Source of the DNA: Batkoa obscura
Lineage: Eukaryota
NCBI GenBank assembly: GCA_030770535.1
Contig: JASVEC010000174.1
Coordinates: forward strand, 1-36,453
Reading direction: 5' to 3'
DNA: 36,453 nucleotides
The notes under the pieces were generated by a model, which did not search any database, was not told where the DNA came from, and saw only the letters and a program-made list of their open reading frames with translations. This document shows, piece by piece, positions 10,193 through 22,482 of the stretch. Position numbers and translations under genes: made by a program. Each line of letters begins with the position of its first letter. The stretch's first letter is position 1.

Positions 10193-10632
10193 TGTGGAAT
10201 ATCGCTTTGTCAGTCTCATGGTTAATTATAACATAACAATCGCCTAAGCTGTTGTGTTCTCGAGTTCAGAGGAAATCAATCCCATGTTCTTATTTTAATT
10301 TGTTATGAGAATTTCTAGCTCCATCCAAAAGAATATTATCTTCTCATTTTGATATTTATACTTTTCAGAGTATAAAAGAGTTTACAGAGTATAGTAGTTT
10401 GAGGCTTTTTAACTGAATTATTCCCTGATATCTCGAACATTTAATAAAGCCACTAAGTTTTCTTAATAGTATTTTACATAGGTTTTACATTAGTATTGTC
10501 TATTCTATTTGTCTTATATAGCTTGTAACCTATTACGTGCTATTCCTCATAAACTAAGACTTTTCGACTTATAGTGTAGTCAACCCAGCAATAGCTGTTC
10601 TTGACTCCAAACACTGAGCACCAGATTTCACA
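10193..10632 (-). mobile_element. Solo-LTR-like repeat, diverged copy
   Basis: Minus strand reads TGTGAAATCTGGTGCTCAGT...AAAGCGATATTCCACA and is collinear with 20981-21451; no TSD seen. Confidence 0.7.
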
Positions 10633-10641
10633 GTTACAACT

Positions 10642-11901
10642 TATTATTAAAAATACAAAAAAACTAAAGATGAGCAAACTGAAACTATTATACAATATTT
10701 ACTAAATGATTCAACTATTTCATCAAGATTTAATAAAAAAAATAATGATAGTAAATATTCATCAGATAATATATATATTAAATAAAAGTAGAAGAATGAT
10801 ATATAATAAATATTTGAATGATTTAAAAGATAAAGCAGTAGCTAGGTCAACATTTTTTAAATATATATCAAGTAGTTTCAAAAATCCAGCAAGAAAAACA
10901 AATTTATGTAATATATGTGCCCAGTATACAGTTAAAAAAAAGTTATTTGAAAATAAAACAAATACAGCAATAAAAAACAAAGTAGAAATATAAGTTTTTA
11001 ATAAAGAAGAAAAGTTATACAAATTACATAAATTCTGTGTTGATACTCAAAAAAACACATTTAATGAAACTATTAAAAAATTAAATACCAAAAGTTGTAT
11101 AATGATTTTAGATCATTATAACAAACAAGCTATATCGGTATTGGGTAAAATAGAAGATATCAATCAATTAGTTTCAAGATTCGAGGTTTTTATTTGCGAA
11201 CATAATAAAATTAATAACTCGATTGTTGATAAAGGGAAAACAGATATAATCTTTAAAAAGTATGAAAGAAACAAAAATACAAAAAGAATAATAGAGATGC
11301 AAGGTATTAAGAAGTATTTACATGTTATTAAACATAATAATAAGCTATATTGTTATCCAGTATCTGATATATCAAAAAAGTGATATATTATAATCAAAGC
11401 TATAAGGTCTATAGAAAATAGAAAAATTAAAAGATCAATCCCAGTTTACCTTATAAAAATAATAGAAATCAATTATTAAATGTTAATATTACTTATGTTA
11501 ATATTACTTAAGTTATTAATAGTCAAGTTAATAAATAGCAAAGAACAGTAACTGTAATAATATGTAAAAGCTATTATTATATTAATTGTACTATATGGGG
11601 ATGGTTAGTTATAGCTTTGGGCCTAACCACTCCCTCCCATACAGCTATTTATTAACTTGGCAATATATTAATAATGTAATTATAATATCAAAATAGTTTA
11701 TTTATTTGATAATAAATCTACAATGTTGGTTATAAAGCAGTTGATAATAAATGTTTCTCAATAAAACTTTATAAAAATATGTATTTATTTACATACTACA
11801 ATTTTGATTGGTATCAATGTAGATATTATATTGGTAAAAGCCTTGCTAATTCGAAAATTTCTATTAAATTTAGTAGAAATTCAGCTAACTTAGACATCCC
11901 C
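10642..11901 (+). mobile_element. Sola2-like element, copy 3 (5'-truncated, internally deleted, diverged)
   Basis: ORFs 10706-10993 and 11102-11383 are diverged transposase segments with the DDD core deleted. Same 3' region as the other copies; ends AGACATCCCC followed by ATAT. Confidence 0.8.
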
Positions 11902-12096
11902 ATATTTATTGTAGTATTATAATATAAACCTATTAAAAATCAAATGATATTACTTATATAAATCGATTTAAATAAAAAAGTCTTTAAAATTAACTTAAAC
12001 TTAACAGTTTTATTTTATTTTTATATTAAAGCTTATATCTATTATTTAGTTTACTTTTTATTACCTTTATTTTTATTACTTTATACTTAAATATAT

Positions 12097-12190
12097 GTGG
12101 ATCTTTTTTTAGTTTTGTCGCTTTTTTTATTTTTTAAGGATTAAAGTGAAGAAATTATAGTAAAATTTTTGAACAAAAAAATACATCCCC
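12097..12190 (+). mobile_element. Degenerate MITE
   Basis: Ends AAAATACATCCCC; abuts an oppositely oriented copy across GTAT. Confidence 0.7.
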
Positions 12191-12194
12191 GTAT

Positions 12195-12293
12195 AAAGAT
12201 GTGTTTTTTTGCTTAGGAATTTTACTAACAATCTTTCCGCTCAAATAGTGCTTAAAAAATGGAAAAAATGATGGAGCCAAAAAAAAGATCCTC
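12195..12293 (-). mobile_element. MITE
   Basis: GAATTTTACTAACAATCTTTCCGCTCAAATAGTGCTTAAAAAATGG core, followed by ATAT. Confidence 0.8.
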
Positions 12294-12491
12294 ATATAAT
12301 GCTCTATTGTATATATTTTCAGCTTTTTATTTTTTTAGTTATATTAGGGGGTATCTTAACTTCTATAGTTAGTTTTATAAATTCATTTAGCACTTAAAAA
12401 TTGGTTATTCTTTTGCTTGAAATCAACATATATATTGCTTTATATACTTAGTGTTTATTATTATTAGTAAATATCTGAGTATCTACTATAT

Positions 12492-12589
12492 GGGGATGTA
12501 TTTTTGTGCTTAAGAATTTTACCAACAAATTTTCCGCTTAAATAGCGCTTAAAAAATGAAAAAAATAATGAAGTCAAAAAAACACTCTC
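12492..12589 (-). mobile_element. MITE
   Basis: TSD ATAT/ATAT. Confidence 0.9.
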
Positions 12590-12779
12590 ATATTTTATCA
12601 GTCATATTATAAATCTATTATTTTCAATCTTTTTTCAATCCTATTTCCTAAGCAAACAGCTTTATTGATTAAAATAATAAAATGTATAAAGATAGGCATC
12701 TTTAACTTAAAAAGCTTTAAACTTTCAATTTTTTATATGACATAATTTAAAAGTTACTTGTTTTTTAGATATTTAGTCC

Positions 12780-13900
12780 AAAGCACTCCCTTAAGGGGGC
12801 CAAAAAAATTATAGACCAAGACGACTTTTGTTAAGTAAAAATCAAAAACTTATGTTAAATGATAATTAGAGGAAAAATCAAAAAGCAGTTAATTTCCATC
12901 GTTAGAAAACATTTTGCAAGCAACTTCATTCCTTCTGAACAAGTGGTTCTCTTAGGGAATAGAGAATTATATATTAGTCAAGATTTTTTTAGCTAAAATG
13001 GTTCTAAGAAGAAAAGGTCTAGTGGATTTTATAAACTGATTTATAGTGATGAAAAGCTAAGGTTTTAGTGTCCTGTATATCCAAGATTGTACTAAACCCT
13101 ACCAAAGACAATATAATAAATTCCAGATGTTAAACTAGGAAACTGATTTTTTTTGTCGAATCTTAGTCTAACTTGAACTAATGGTATCTACTTTTTGTTA
13201 TCTTTTCTTTTATTCACTTAGCTTTTCTTGTTTTAAATGAAGCAAACTTTGTATTCGAATAGGTAACCAAAAAAAGGTAAATCATTAAGTGGATAATTAG
13301 GAGTTTAATCATACACACAAATGATAAACATTTATAAAAAATTAATTCTAAACAGGACTTGAATCATTTGGATTTGTTAAAACTATATTATAAGTAAACA
13401 AAAGGATTCAAAGCTTACGATAACCTCAAGGCTTTGTACTATCACGGGTAAATTATATTCATAAAAACATTAGTGTTTCTCAAGTTCCTATTGGTTTTTT
13501 GAATAGTAGTTTTATAAAGGTGGAGAATTACAGCAACGAGATGCTTACTATGTTATCTTCCTGATATTTTCCAGGTTAGTCACTTTTTAAACTTTGGTTT
13601 TTGTTTTATTGAAATAAATCCCTGCTTCATTTATTTTTGAACTTAGTACGTTTAGAAAAATGACATTTGATAAAAATATTATTGTTATAAGCAACAGCAT
13701 TATTATTATTCTAACATAAACTTATAAGTCTTATGGGAAATTCTAGTATATATGTATAGTTTTGAGATGGAAATTGCCTTTTTTGCGATAAATTACTACT
13801 CTTTGGACTATTAACTTTTTGTACCTACATTGCTTAGATAAAATTTTCTTCATCTGTACTATATATTAAAAGACTATCCTTTAAATACGTCCAAATAATC
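12780..13900 (+). pseudogene. Highly decayed non-LTR (LINE) reverse transcriptase remnant
   Basis: RT-like motifs in the expected order across frameshifts: KNYRP..LL (~12805-12835), PSEQ[SGF]LGNR (~12930-12963), FKAYDNL (~13407-13427), LQQRDA resembling LxQGD (~13528-13545), FKYVQI resembling KYLGI (~13880-13897). Confidence 0.5.
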
Positions 13901-13983
13901 AAAGGAAAAGGTCGATATAAAACAAATTACTTTATATAATGGAGCTTTTTTATTCAATTTTAAGGATCAATCTATCAAGATAT

Positions 13984-14079
13984 GGGGATGTATTTTTTCG
14001 TTTAAGAATTTTGCTAATAATCTTTCCACTCAAATAGTGCTTAAAAATGGAAAAAGTAATAAAGACAAAAAACATCTTC
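13984..14079 (-). mobile_element. MITE
   Basis: TSD ATAT/ATAT. Confidence 0.85.
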
Positions 14080-14705
14080 ATATTTAAATATAACTATTAT
14101 AATTTTTTATGACTTTTTTAGTGCTAATTTTTATGAGCGAATTATAACCACTTTTAAGCCCTAGTTCATCATATTCCAATCAAACTTTTAAGATAAAATT
14201 TGTTTCTAAATAAGTAGTTAATTAGGTCGTAAAAGAGCTACAACAATTGTACCTTCTTTAATTTTACAGGCTGGTAGTTTTATGAAGCTATTAATTTATA
14301 AATCAATTTCCAGTATAAACTAATATTTTAAAGTTTCCAGTGGTAGTACATAAGTATAAAAACACTATGACTATGAAGTTTGTTTCGAAAATTTGCCTGT
14401 ATATAATTTACAAAATTTTAAATAAACGATTGGACTTATTACAATATAATGTTTGGTTATAAAGCCTATACCGAAAAAGTTGTATATTATTTGCTACTTA
14501 AATTATGATCAATAATGATTTTATATTTAAAAGGGGATTTTAATAATGGCTACACTATACAATTAACCTAATAAGCCATTAAAAAGACTGAAAGTACACC
14601 AACTCGCCTTCTAACCTTGGATACTACTTTTTTATAGTAATAAACCATCTGGGTGGAACTATATCTGAAATTACACTATTTTCACTTATGATTTACACAC
14701 TTTTA

Positions 14706-14840
14706 TAAACACAAAAATACATCCCTTAATATTAGGTTTAATTACAAAATGTCCACTTTTTAAGAATTTTACCAACAAATTTTCCGCTTAAATGGCGCTT
14801 AGAAAATGGAAAAAATAATGAAGTCAAAAAAAACACTCTC
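14706..14840. mobile_element. Two MITE fragments (14706-14725 plus strand; ~14760-14840 minus strand)
   Basis: TAAACACAAAAATACATCCC and TAAGAATTTTACCAACAAATTTTCCGCTTAAATGGCGCTT...CACTCTC. Confidence 0.7.
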
Positions 14841-16064
14841 AAATATTGAGTTTGAATTTCTGAAGTGCTGCTGGTTTTTAAAATTAACTAATACTTTATT
14901 GTGGTTTTTGTTAAGCCAATAATGACAAATTTCGTTATAATAAAGCCTTTTTGTTTTCATATCATCATATATATAGATTATTGTTATATTTATTTTTCAT
15001 ACAATTTTTAATTTGAAACAAAATAATTACTATGAGTTAAAATATCACTTTGAGCATGAATTTTGTGGAAAAGTTCAATTAATATTTGAATTTGGAGACT
15101 GTTAAGTATTAGACTGATATAAAAATTTAGATATTAAAAAGGGATGACTATTTATTATTTAATCAAAAAATAAAGTTGGGTACAGAATGCTTGGTTTATT
15201 TTTAAAATGGCAAACTTTCTACTTTATTAAAAAGATTAAAAATTAAATACCCCTTTATAAGCATGTTTTTTCAACTCAGCAAACTAATATTATTATTGTT
15301 TTATTTAGAACATGAATTTTATCAATAATTATTATTTAAGGTTAATATTTAGTCACTTGAAAATATTTAATTTATTTTTATGGGCATTTTATGAAAGGGA
15401 TGGCAATATCGGATTTATCTATATTTAGTAAGGTTCTATTTTATTTAGAATTAGTTTGGGAATATTTTGGTTTTAAACTTCTCCTTTATAGTGAAAAAAT
15501 AAACTAAAGCTTTATCGAACTTGATATGATAGCAAAAGCAAAAACACAGATAAAATGGGTGTTTTAAGGTAAGAAAAACTTGATGTTTACTTTTCGAATA
15601 ACGCCCACTTTTAAATGAAGGTAGAAGACAAAACTCAATTTGATAAGAATATTAAAGGGAGAAATATTAAGATGCTCTTGTTTCATTTTTCGACCATTTT
15701 TAATATAGCCAAGTTATTTTTAGCCGTGTCACATAAAAAAGGTATTTCCTTATATAATTTCATCTTCAAAAAGGGGGGTCTTTACCATAAATTTCACAAT
15801 ATCAAAGTGCATAAAATAATTATAAACAAAGTCTCTTAGTTTGGGTTTTATCTGACCTTTTAGACTTGGTCCTTCTGCTCAGGTAGAACATCCATTTAGT
15901 TTTTGTTGTCCCAATAAAATATTTGAAGTTTAAGTTTACGAATTTCTACAAAAAGTAATCTTTTGTTTATAGTATCAATTTATTCTGTTAAAACTTTTTT
16001 AATTCTCAAGTAATAAAAAACAAATAATTTTATTTCATATATTAATAAACTGGCTAACAAAATC

Positions 16065-16409
16065 TCAAATTGAGACTAATGTTTTTTCTTTTCTACGTTG
16101 GTTTTGAAACCAAATTTGGATTTTTCTTTCACTCAAGTTTAAAGCATTAGATAACCAAATCCTTTCTTTTTTAGTAGGGTAGTGGTTCTCTTTATAGAAA
16201 TCAAACAACATGCTTTCTTGGTGCCTCGATTTACGTACTCTTAAATTCGTATATATATTTATTATGTTTTCGCTACTGCTGCTAGTCAAGTAATCGCTAC
16301 TTTTGTTAAATAAGGCATTATCGGATTTATCATTTGATGAAGAATCGTTATTTAGTATATCATAAAACAATTCATTAATACTTGGCAACTTAACATTATA
16401 GGTTTTCAT
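16065..16409 (-). CDS. Small homeodomain transcription factor B (114 aa)
   Basis: RVRKSRHQESML..FY..NHYP...RIWLS..L.LSERKIQIWFQNQRRK; LPSINELFYDIL. ATG at 16409 chosen by alignment to paralogues; the ORF is open to 16502. Confidence 0.9.
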   Translation of the reverse strand: MKTYNVKLPSINELFYDILNNDSSSNDKSDNALFNKSSDYLTSSSSENIINIYTNLRVRKSRHQESMLFDFYKENHYPTKKERIWLSNALNLSERKIQIWFQNQRRKEKTLVSI

Positions 16410-18186
16410 TATTATTCTAAATTTTGTTTTTCTCAAAAATATCTTTTTACTTATATATATTTCAGTATTCGTAACTACAATTCTATTTAAATGATACCCC
16501 ATTTTATAATTTATAAATTATTTCAACTTGATTTAATTTAGCTAGACTGTATTTTACGAAGTATGTAACTATGATTATTGAATTCAATAATGAGTTAAAT
16601 CCCCTTAATCTAAGATTAAGCTATCTATTTATACCTTTAGATTAATTTCTGAGTAATAGAAACTTCTAGTAATATTATTTCTGTTGTAGAAGCCTGAATT
16701 ATATCTAAGCTTCTGAGTAAGACTATTTAACGTTATCTTTATAGTATTGCAAATAGTTATTTTATTTTTAACACTGAGATCATTTTTCACACTCACTATT
16801 TTTTATTTACTCCTTTTATTATATCACCTTATTTAAATATCTTTAAATCACTTGAGATATTCGATCTCAACATAACAAAGTTACACCTTTGGCTTATATA
16901 AATGACTAAGTAGGACCATTGAAAAAAGATGTCATTATTATCATAGTTAAGATACAACATTCTATTACTTTTTGGCTTATTAATATAATAAATTTGCTTT
17001 TTAAATGGGGTCATTTGAGCAGGGATACTAAATCGAACTTTTTCTGAGAGACTTATTCTATAAAAATAATTTTTAAAAAACTTTCCGTTTATATACTGCC
17101 TTTATACAAAAATTCCGACTTAAAAGTCCCGTTTCTAAAATGATAATATAATTTTATAATTGTTTTGAGTTGTACAATCATTAGCAGACATTATACTAAT
17201 AACATTATTACGAGTTGATTAAAATTATCGTAAAAAACTATTTAATTTACAACTATTTTATGATATATGATTTAGCTTTATAAATAGTTAAATTCGATTA
17301 GCTCATGTTATATATTAACATTAATTAAAGTTTAATAATACCAAAATTTAAATAAAACATGGTTTGAAATATTATTTTGGGAATAAATTTTAAAAGTAAC
17401 AGTTAAAGGTTGCAATCTCAAATCAGAACTGAGATTCACTTGTAAAAAGTAATCGCCTTTTTTAAAACTAAAGATTTTATTTTTATATACTGCTTTAAAG
17501 CAAAAAATATTATTATTCAATTTTTTGGGTTTACAGGTGTGTATTTTAAATTGCTAAAATATATATAGAAAGATCCCGAAATATCAAAAGGGGTAGTTAA
17601 ATATTAATTTTACATTCAATGGCGGAATTTAACTTGATCTAGATCAGATGCTTAATCTCCCCCTTTCTTTTGATTTATCACTTTAGCATACAGCTGTTGC
17701 AACTTTGTTCTAACTTTGTTAACTGCTCATTTAATAATAAAATTTTGCTTAAGCTAGGCTAAAATCTACAGACTAGACTTTAAAAAAACCTTATACTAGA
17801 TAACTGACTAAAATTACTGCAAATTAAGTCGGAATAGAATTGGAGAAGCTATATTTGACTATATAATAATTTTTAGAACCAATAATGTATACATTTAAGT
17901 GTAACCTATAATAAACAAATAAAAAATAAACAAGGCTTTAGAGTTTATATTTGAAAGATTTTAGATGCAAATTGTCAAAAGGCAGATATAGAAATCATTA
18001 ATTTTATAATTACAATTTTAAGTTTATTAAAAAAAGTTAATCTGTATAATAGTACTTAATATAAAAATAATGTATTTTTAATAGTATATATAATATCAAA
18101 ATAAAGAACGGAAATTAATTAAAAAACTAGCTGGCCTATTTAAAGCTTATGAAGATCATAAAAAATAAAAGGTTAACTAGAATAGC

Positions 18187-18612
18187 TTATAGAGGAAGGG
18201 ATTGAAAATTCCTTAATAGTTTAACTTTTTGTCTTTGGTTCTGGAACCAGATTTGAATTTTACGTACAGGCAATGAAAGTTTTTCGGACAACCTTTTCCT
18301 TAAAACCTTATCTGGAAATGGTGTTCTTTGAAACACTTGGTATAATATATCTTCTTGCTCTTTAGATTTACGTATTCTATAGCTGACATTTCTTATTTTG
18401 TTATCGGCAGCACCATTTTGATTATAATTATTGTTTATTCCAGCATAATAATATCTTGGAGGTGAAAAAGTATCATTTGCACTAATAATGGTATTATCTG
18501 TTGAGCTGCAACTGTTTGCGCTATTATCTACCAAAACAATTTTTGGGCCAGGTAATAAAAAATCTCCAAACACATCTTTTAAGCTAGGAAGAATCACTCC
18601 ACTCTTGTTCAT
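18187..18612 (-). CDS. Small homeodomain transcription factor C (141 aa)
   Basis: RIRKSKEQEDIL..VF..TPFP...RKRLS..L.L.VRKIQIWFQNQRQK; LPSLKDVFGDFL. Confidence 0.92.
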   Translation of the reverse strand: MNKSGVILPSLKDVFGDFLLPGPKIVLVDNSANSCSSTDNTIISANDTFSPPRYYYAGINNNYNQNGAADNKIRNVSYRIRKSKEQEDILYQVFQRTPFPDKVLRKRLSEKLSLPVRKIQIWFQNQRQKVKLLRNFQSLPL

Positions 18613-20407
18613 ATTACCGCCAAATTTTATTTATGTCAATAAAGATCAGTAAAGAAAGATTATATATTTATTATCTTTTTAATGATTTTTCTGCTATTTT
18701 ATTTACTATTTATACTTTTTTCAATTATTATTTTATAGTAAAAAAGTGCTGAGTTTAATTTTTGAATTTCCACCCCTTCTGTAAAGATTGTTCAACCCCT
18801 TTATTTCGTAATACTAAATCTGGGTTATAGAGTGCTGAAATCTAGTCAATTCTCCATACTTTATTAACCCCCTCACCCATCTAGTTCACTATAATAGTTT
18901 TAATCAATGCAAATTGAACATATTTTTATCTAATAATCAATTATAAAAATAATATCGTTTATTAAACTCAAAAGCAATACTAACGAAGATAAAAATAAAT
19001 ATTTATTATGTTTATTCTTTACTTAATAGCAAGCTTGTCTTTTATTTATAAAATAGTGTAAGTAGTAGTTAAGAATAAATAGGAGAATTGATTCATTAAA
19101 TAAGGGATACGTAATGTGGTTACATAGTGTGATTATATAAGTTACAAATTTAGGTAAATTTTTATTTAAAAATAATGTTATATATTTTATCAACTGATTT
19201 TAATTAACATCACTTCTAAACCATCTTCAATTGAATTAAAATTATCTATTTCGAATAACTGAGTTTAAAATATACCATATATTAAACATGATATACCAAT
19301 TATTATGTGCTATCTTTAGCATCTTGAATCTTATTAGCATAAAAAATAATTTATAAAAAATAAATAAATTAGGTTTTAACAAAGCAAATGAATTCAAAAA
19401 AATAGTGTACACATCCTTTTCTACTATTTCTATTCTAAATAATATAAATAAATAACGGAATAAATGTAATTTATGTGAACTTAGCCTTATTTATTTATAT
19501 CTATCTAAAACTCCCTTTTATTCTACTTATTTTTATAAATCAATATTAAATTTTAAGCTTAAGTATCAACCCCATATTATTGCAAAATAAATCTGGTAAA
19601 GATACACATTAAAGTAATGGCTATTTTTAATTAATTACGATTGGTTATCTATGGAAGATTTATCCAATCATTTTATTTACAATAAAAATAGGGTTGTAAA
19701 TTTAACCCTTAATAAAATTTTATTAATTATTTTAACGAATTTGCACACTTGACAGCCCTGAATAAAGGTTCAAAAATATTAATAATATAAGGCAGTTAAG
19801 ACATTAAAAAAAGCTATTTTTTATTACGAAAATACTAATTTCTATCAATAAATTTTTTAAAAACCTCGAATCTGATGGACAAGTGTGTCATTGAATTAAA
19901 ATTAGCTTATGAACAATGTGTTTCTTGGAATAAACATTATTGAAAATTATGTTTAGATTTGATATCAAAATTTATATAAACAGCTATTCAAACTAAAACA
20001 ATAGAATGCTTTATTGCATAGAATAAGGTTAACTAGCAAGTCTAAGAAAAAATAATTTTTTCTATGTTGATATATAGCTTAACCAGATGGTGCATCACCT
20101 GATTGAGTTATGTTTAAATAAAGTAGTAGAGGAGTATATTAAAAAATATGAATATGTTTTTTTGTCTAATAGGAGTTTTAGAAAAATGCCTTTTTTTAAA
20201 AAAAGGATGTAATACACAAGGGTATAATTAATCTTGCTTTTTCTTTAAATTCCTATTTACTGTCTATTAAATAAACCACTTGAGGATTTTCCCCTTCAAA
20301 GGATATAATAAAAAAGTCAATATCATAATTACATTGATATCAAAGCTTGATAAGTTTCTTATCAACAATAAAATACTTCACTATTATAGTTTTATCAAAT
20401 ACCACAT

Positions 20408-20504
20408 GGGGATGTATTTTTTGTTTAAGAATTCTACTAACAACCTTTCTGCCTAAATAGTGCTTAAAAAAATGGAAAAAGTGATAAAGCCAAAAAAAAT
20501 CCTC
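20408..20504 (-). mobile_element. MITE
   Basis: GGGGATGT...ATCCTC; flanks ACAT/GAAT (TSD decayed). Confidence 0.8.
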
Positions 20505-20748
20505 GAATGATAAATTTAAAATTAAATCAAAGTGGTATAAATTAAAAATAAAAATAAAAATAAAATAAAATTTCTGTTTATTTTTTTAGCAAATTTATAA
20601 TTTTTACTTTTAGGATTAAATAGTAAATTATCATACTAATAATAATTACGAAATATAATAGTTTTAATTATTAATAAAATAAAAACAGAGTAAATTTTAG
20701 AAAAATTACTTAATTTTAAAATAACAGAACTTTTTTATTTTTAAATAT

Positions 20749-20846
20749 GGGGGTGTTTTTTTGGCTTTATCACTTTTCCCATTTTTTAAGCGCTGTTTGA
20801 GCAGAAAAACTATTAATAAAATTATTAAACACAAAAATACATCCCC
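20749..20846 (+). mobile_element. MITE
   Basis: TSD ATAT/ATAT. Confidence 0.9.
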
Positions 20847-20980
20847 ATATTATTTTTTGATTAAAATATTAAATCTATTAAAATATTTATTTTTGTTTTG
20901 ATAAAACATAATGTAGACTGTATAATAATAAATATAACTACTGATTAAATAATCTAATATTTTATAAAAAATAATATAGG

Positions 20981-21451
20981 TGTGAAAGTTGATACTTAGT
21001 GGCCGAAGTTAAAAGCTACTCTTGCTTAATTAACTTGCCTTGAGTCGAAGGGTCTTAGTTTATATAACTAAGGTAGACTTAACTTAATAGAAATAGTATG
21101 TAGTAAGCTACAAATTATGTAAAACAAATACAATGGAAGATACTACTATAAAATCTATATCAGATGTTGTCAGAAAGACTTAGTGACTTTATTAATGATA
21201 CGTTATCAGGGAGTAATCCAATTAAAAAAAAAAAACCTGGAGTTATCATATTGAAGAATCTCTTTTATACTCCAATAAATATGGATATTAATACGAGAGG
21301 ATGTTATTCCTTGCAATATGAAGTTAGAAATTCTCGCAGCAAATCAAAATAAGGGACTCTGACTTGATTGTATTTGAACTTGAGAACACAGCAACTTAAG
21401 TGATTGTTGCGTTATAATCAATCCGAGAGCTAAATAAAGCAATATTTCACA
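20981..21451 (+). mobile_element. Solo-LTR-like repeat (471 bp)
   Basis: TGTGAAA...TTTCACA termini (TG...CA, 7-bp inverted repeat) with 4-bp TSD TAGG/TAGG; two diverged homologues in the window. Confidence 0.75.
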
Positions 21452-21452
21452 T

Positions 21453-21549
21453 AGGGATGTTTTTTTGATTTCATTACTTTTCTATCTTTTAGGTATTATT
21501 TGAGTGAGAAAATTGTTAGTAAAATCCTTAAACATAAAAATACATCCCT
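21453..21549 (+). mobile_element. MITE whose left terminus was hit by the LTR-like repeat
   Basis: AGGGATGT...ACATCCCT followed by ATAT; the left ATAT lies upstream of the 20981-21451 insertion. Confidence 0.8.
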
Positions 21550-21597
21550 ATATACTTATTATTAAATTTTTTAAAATTTTTTTTAACAAGTTAACTT

Positions 21598-22169
21598 TGT
21601 GAAATCTGATGCTCAGTAGTTAGAGTTAAAGGGTCTTAATTTATATAACCAAAATAAATTTTAATTATAAAAAATAACATGCAATAAGTTATAGATTATA
21701 TAAAACAAATAGAAGAAAAGAAATTATCATAAAACTTACATAAAGTATTATTAGATAAACTTAATAGCTTTATTAAAAATATAGTATCAAAAAAAGTAAT
21801 TCAATTAAAAAAGTTTAACTTATTGTATTAAAAGACATGATAATTGTTATTTTTTGTCATAGTTACCAAGTATAAATATCAAAAAAGACAATATTCTTTA
21901 TTAAATAATATAAATTATTATAATAAACTAAAATGAAGAGCTTTAAATTGACTATGCTATATAAAATATGGGAGTGTTTTTTTAATTTCATTGTTTTTTC
22001 CATTTTTTAAGCGCTATTTAAACGGAAATTTTGTTAGTAAAATCCTTAAACACAAAAATACGCCCTCATATAGTTAAATTAATTACAGGACTGTAACTAG
22101 TTCTATAAACAAGTTAATCAATTTATTATAGCGCAATTAGTCATAGAGCTGATAAAGCAATATTTTGTA
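21598..22169 (+). mobile_element. Solo-LTR-like repeat, more decayed copy with nested MITE
   Basis: TGTGAAATCTGATGCTCAGT...AGAGCTGATAAAGCAATATTTT; collinear with the other two copies. Confidence 0.65.
21970..22067 (+). mobile_element. MITE nested in an LTR-like repeat
   Basis: TSD ATAT/ATAT. Confidence 0.85.
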
Positions 22170-22244
22170 ATTACTTAAACTATTGATAGCTAAATCAATA
22201 AATGGTTAAAAAAACAAGTAGTTATAATAATAATAATAATAATT

Positions 22245-22352
22245 GGGGATGTATTTTTTCGTTTAAGAATTTTACTAATAATTTTTCCACTCAAATAGTG
22301 CTTAAAAATGGAAAAATTATTAGTAAAATTCTTAAATACAAAAATACATCCC
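22245..22352. mobile_element. Palindromic (foldback) MITE variant
   Basis: Both ends are the GGGGATGTATTTTT end; ~43-bp inverted arms. Confidence 0.85.
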
Positions 22353-22482
22353 ATATTATATAGTTATTAAACATTTAACAAAAATAGTATAAAGTATATA
22401 ATTAAAAATATCAACTATTTAAAAAGATGACTTAAACTAATAATAATAATGATAAAATATTTTACCCTAAATAAGAATATAT

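Noticed and set aside
15615..17520. Short ORFs 15615-15839, 16829-17014 and 17332-17520
   Set aside because: No recognisable motifs; composition matches chance AT-rich ORFs.
9497..18612. Classical basidiomycete-type HD1/HD2 mating-type pair
   Set aside because: No divergently transcribed pair and no HD1/TALE-type domain; kept only as a weaker hypothesis in the findings.
21164..21352. 62-aa ORF
   Set aside because: Lies inside the LTR-like repeat and is not evidently preserved in the other two copies.
20542..22243. (TAAAA)n at ~20542-20570 and (TAA)n at ~22225-22243
   Set aside because: Ordinary short microsatellites in AT-rich DNA.
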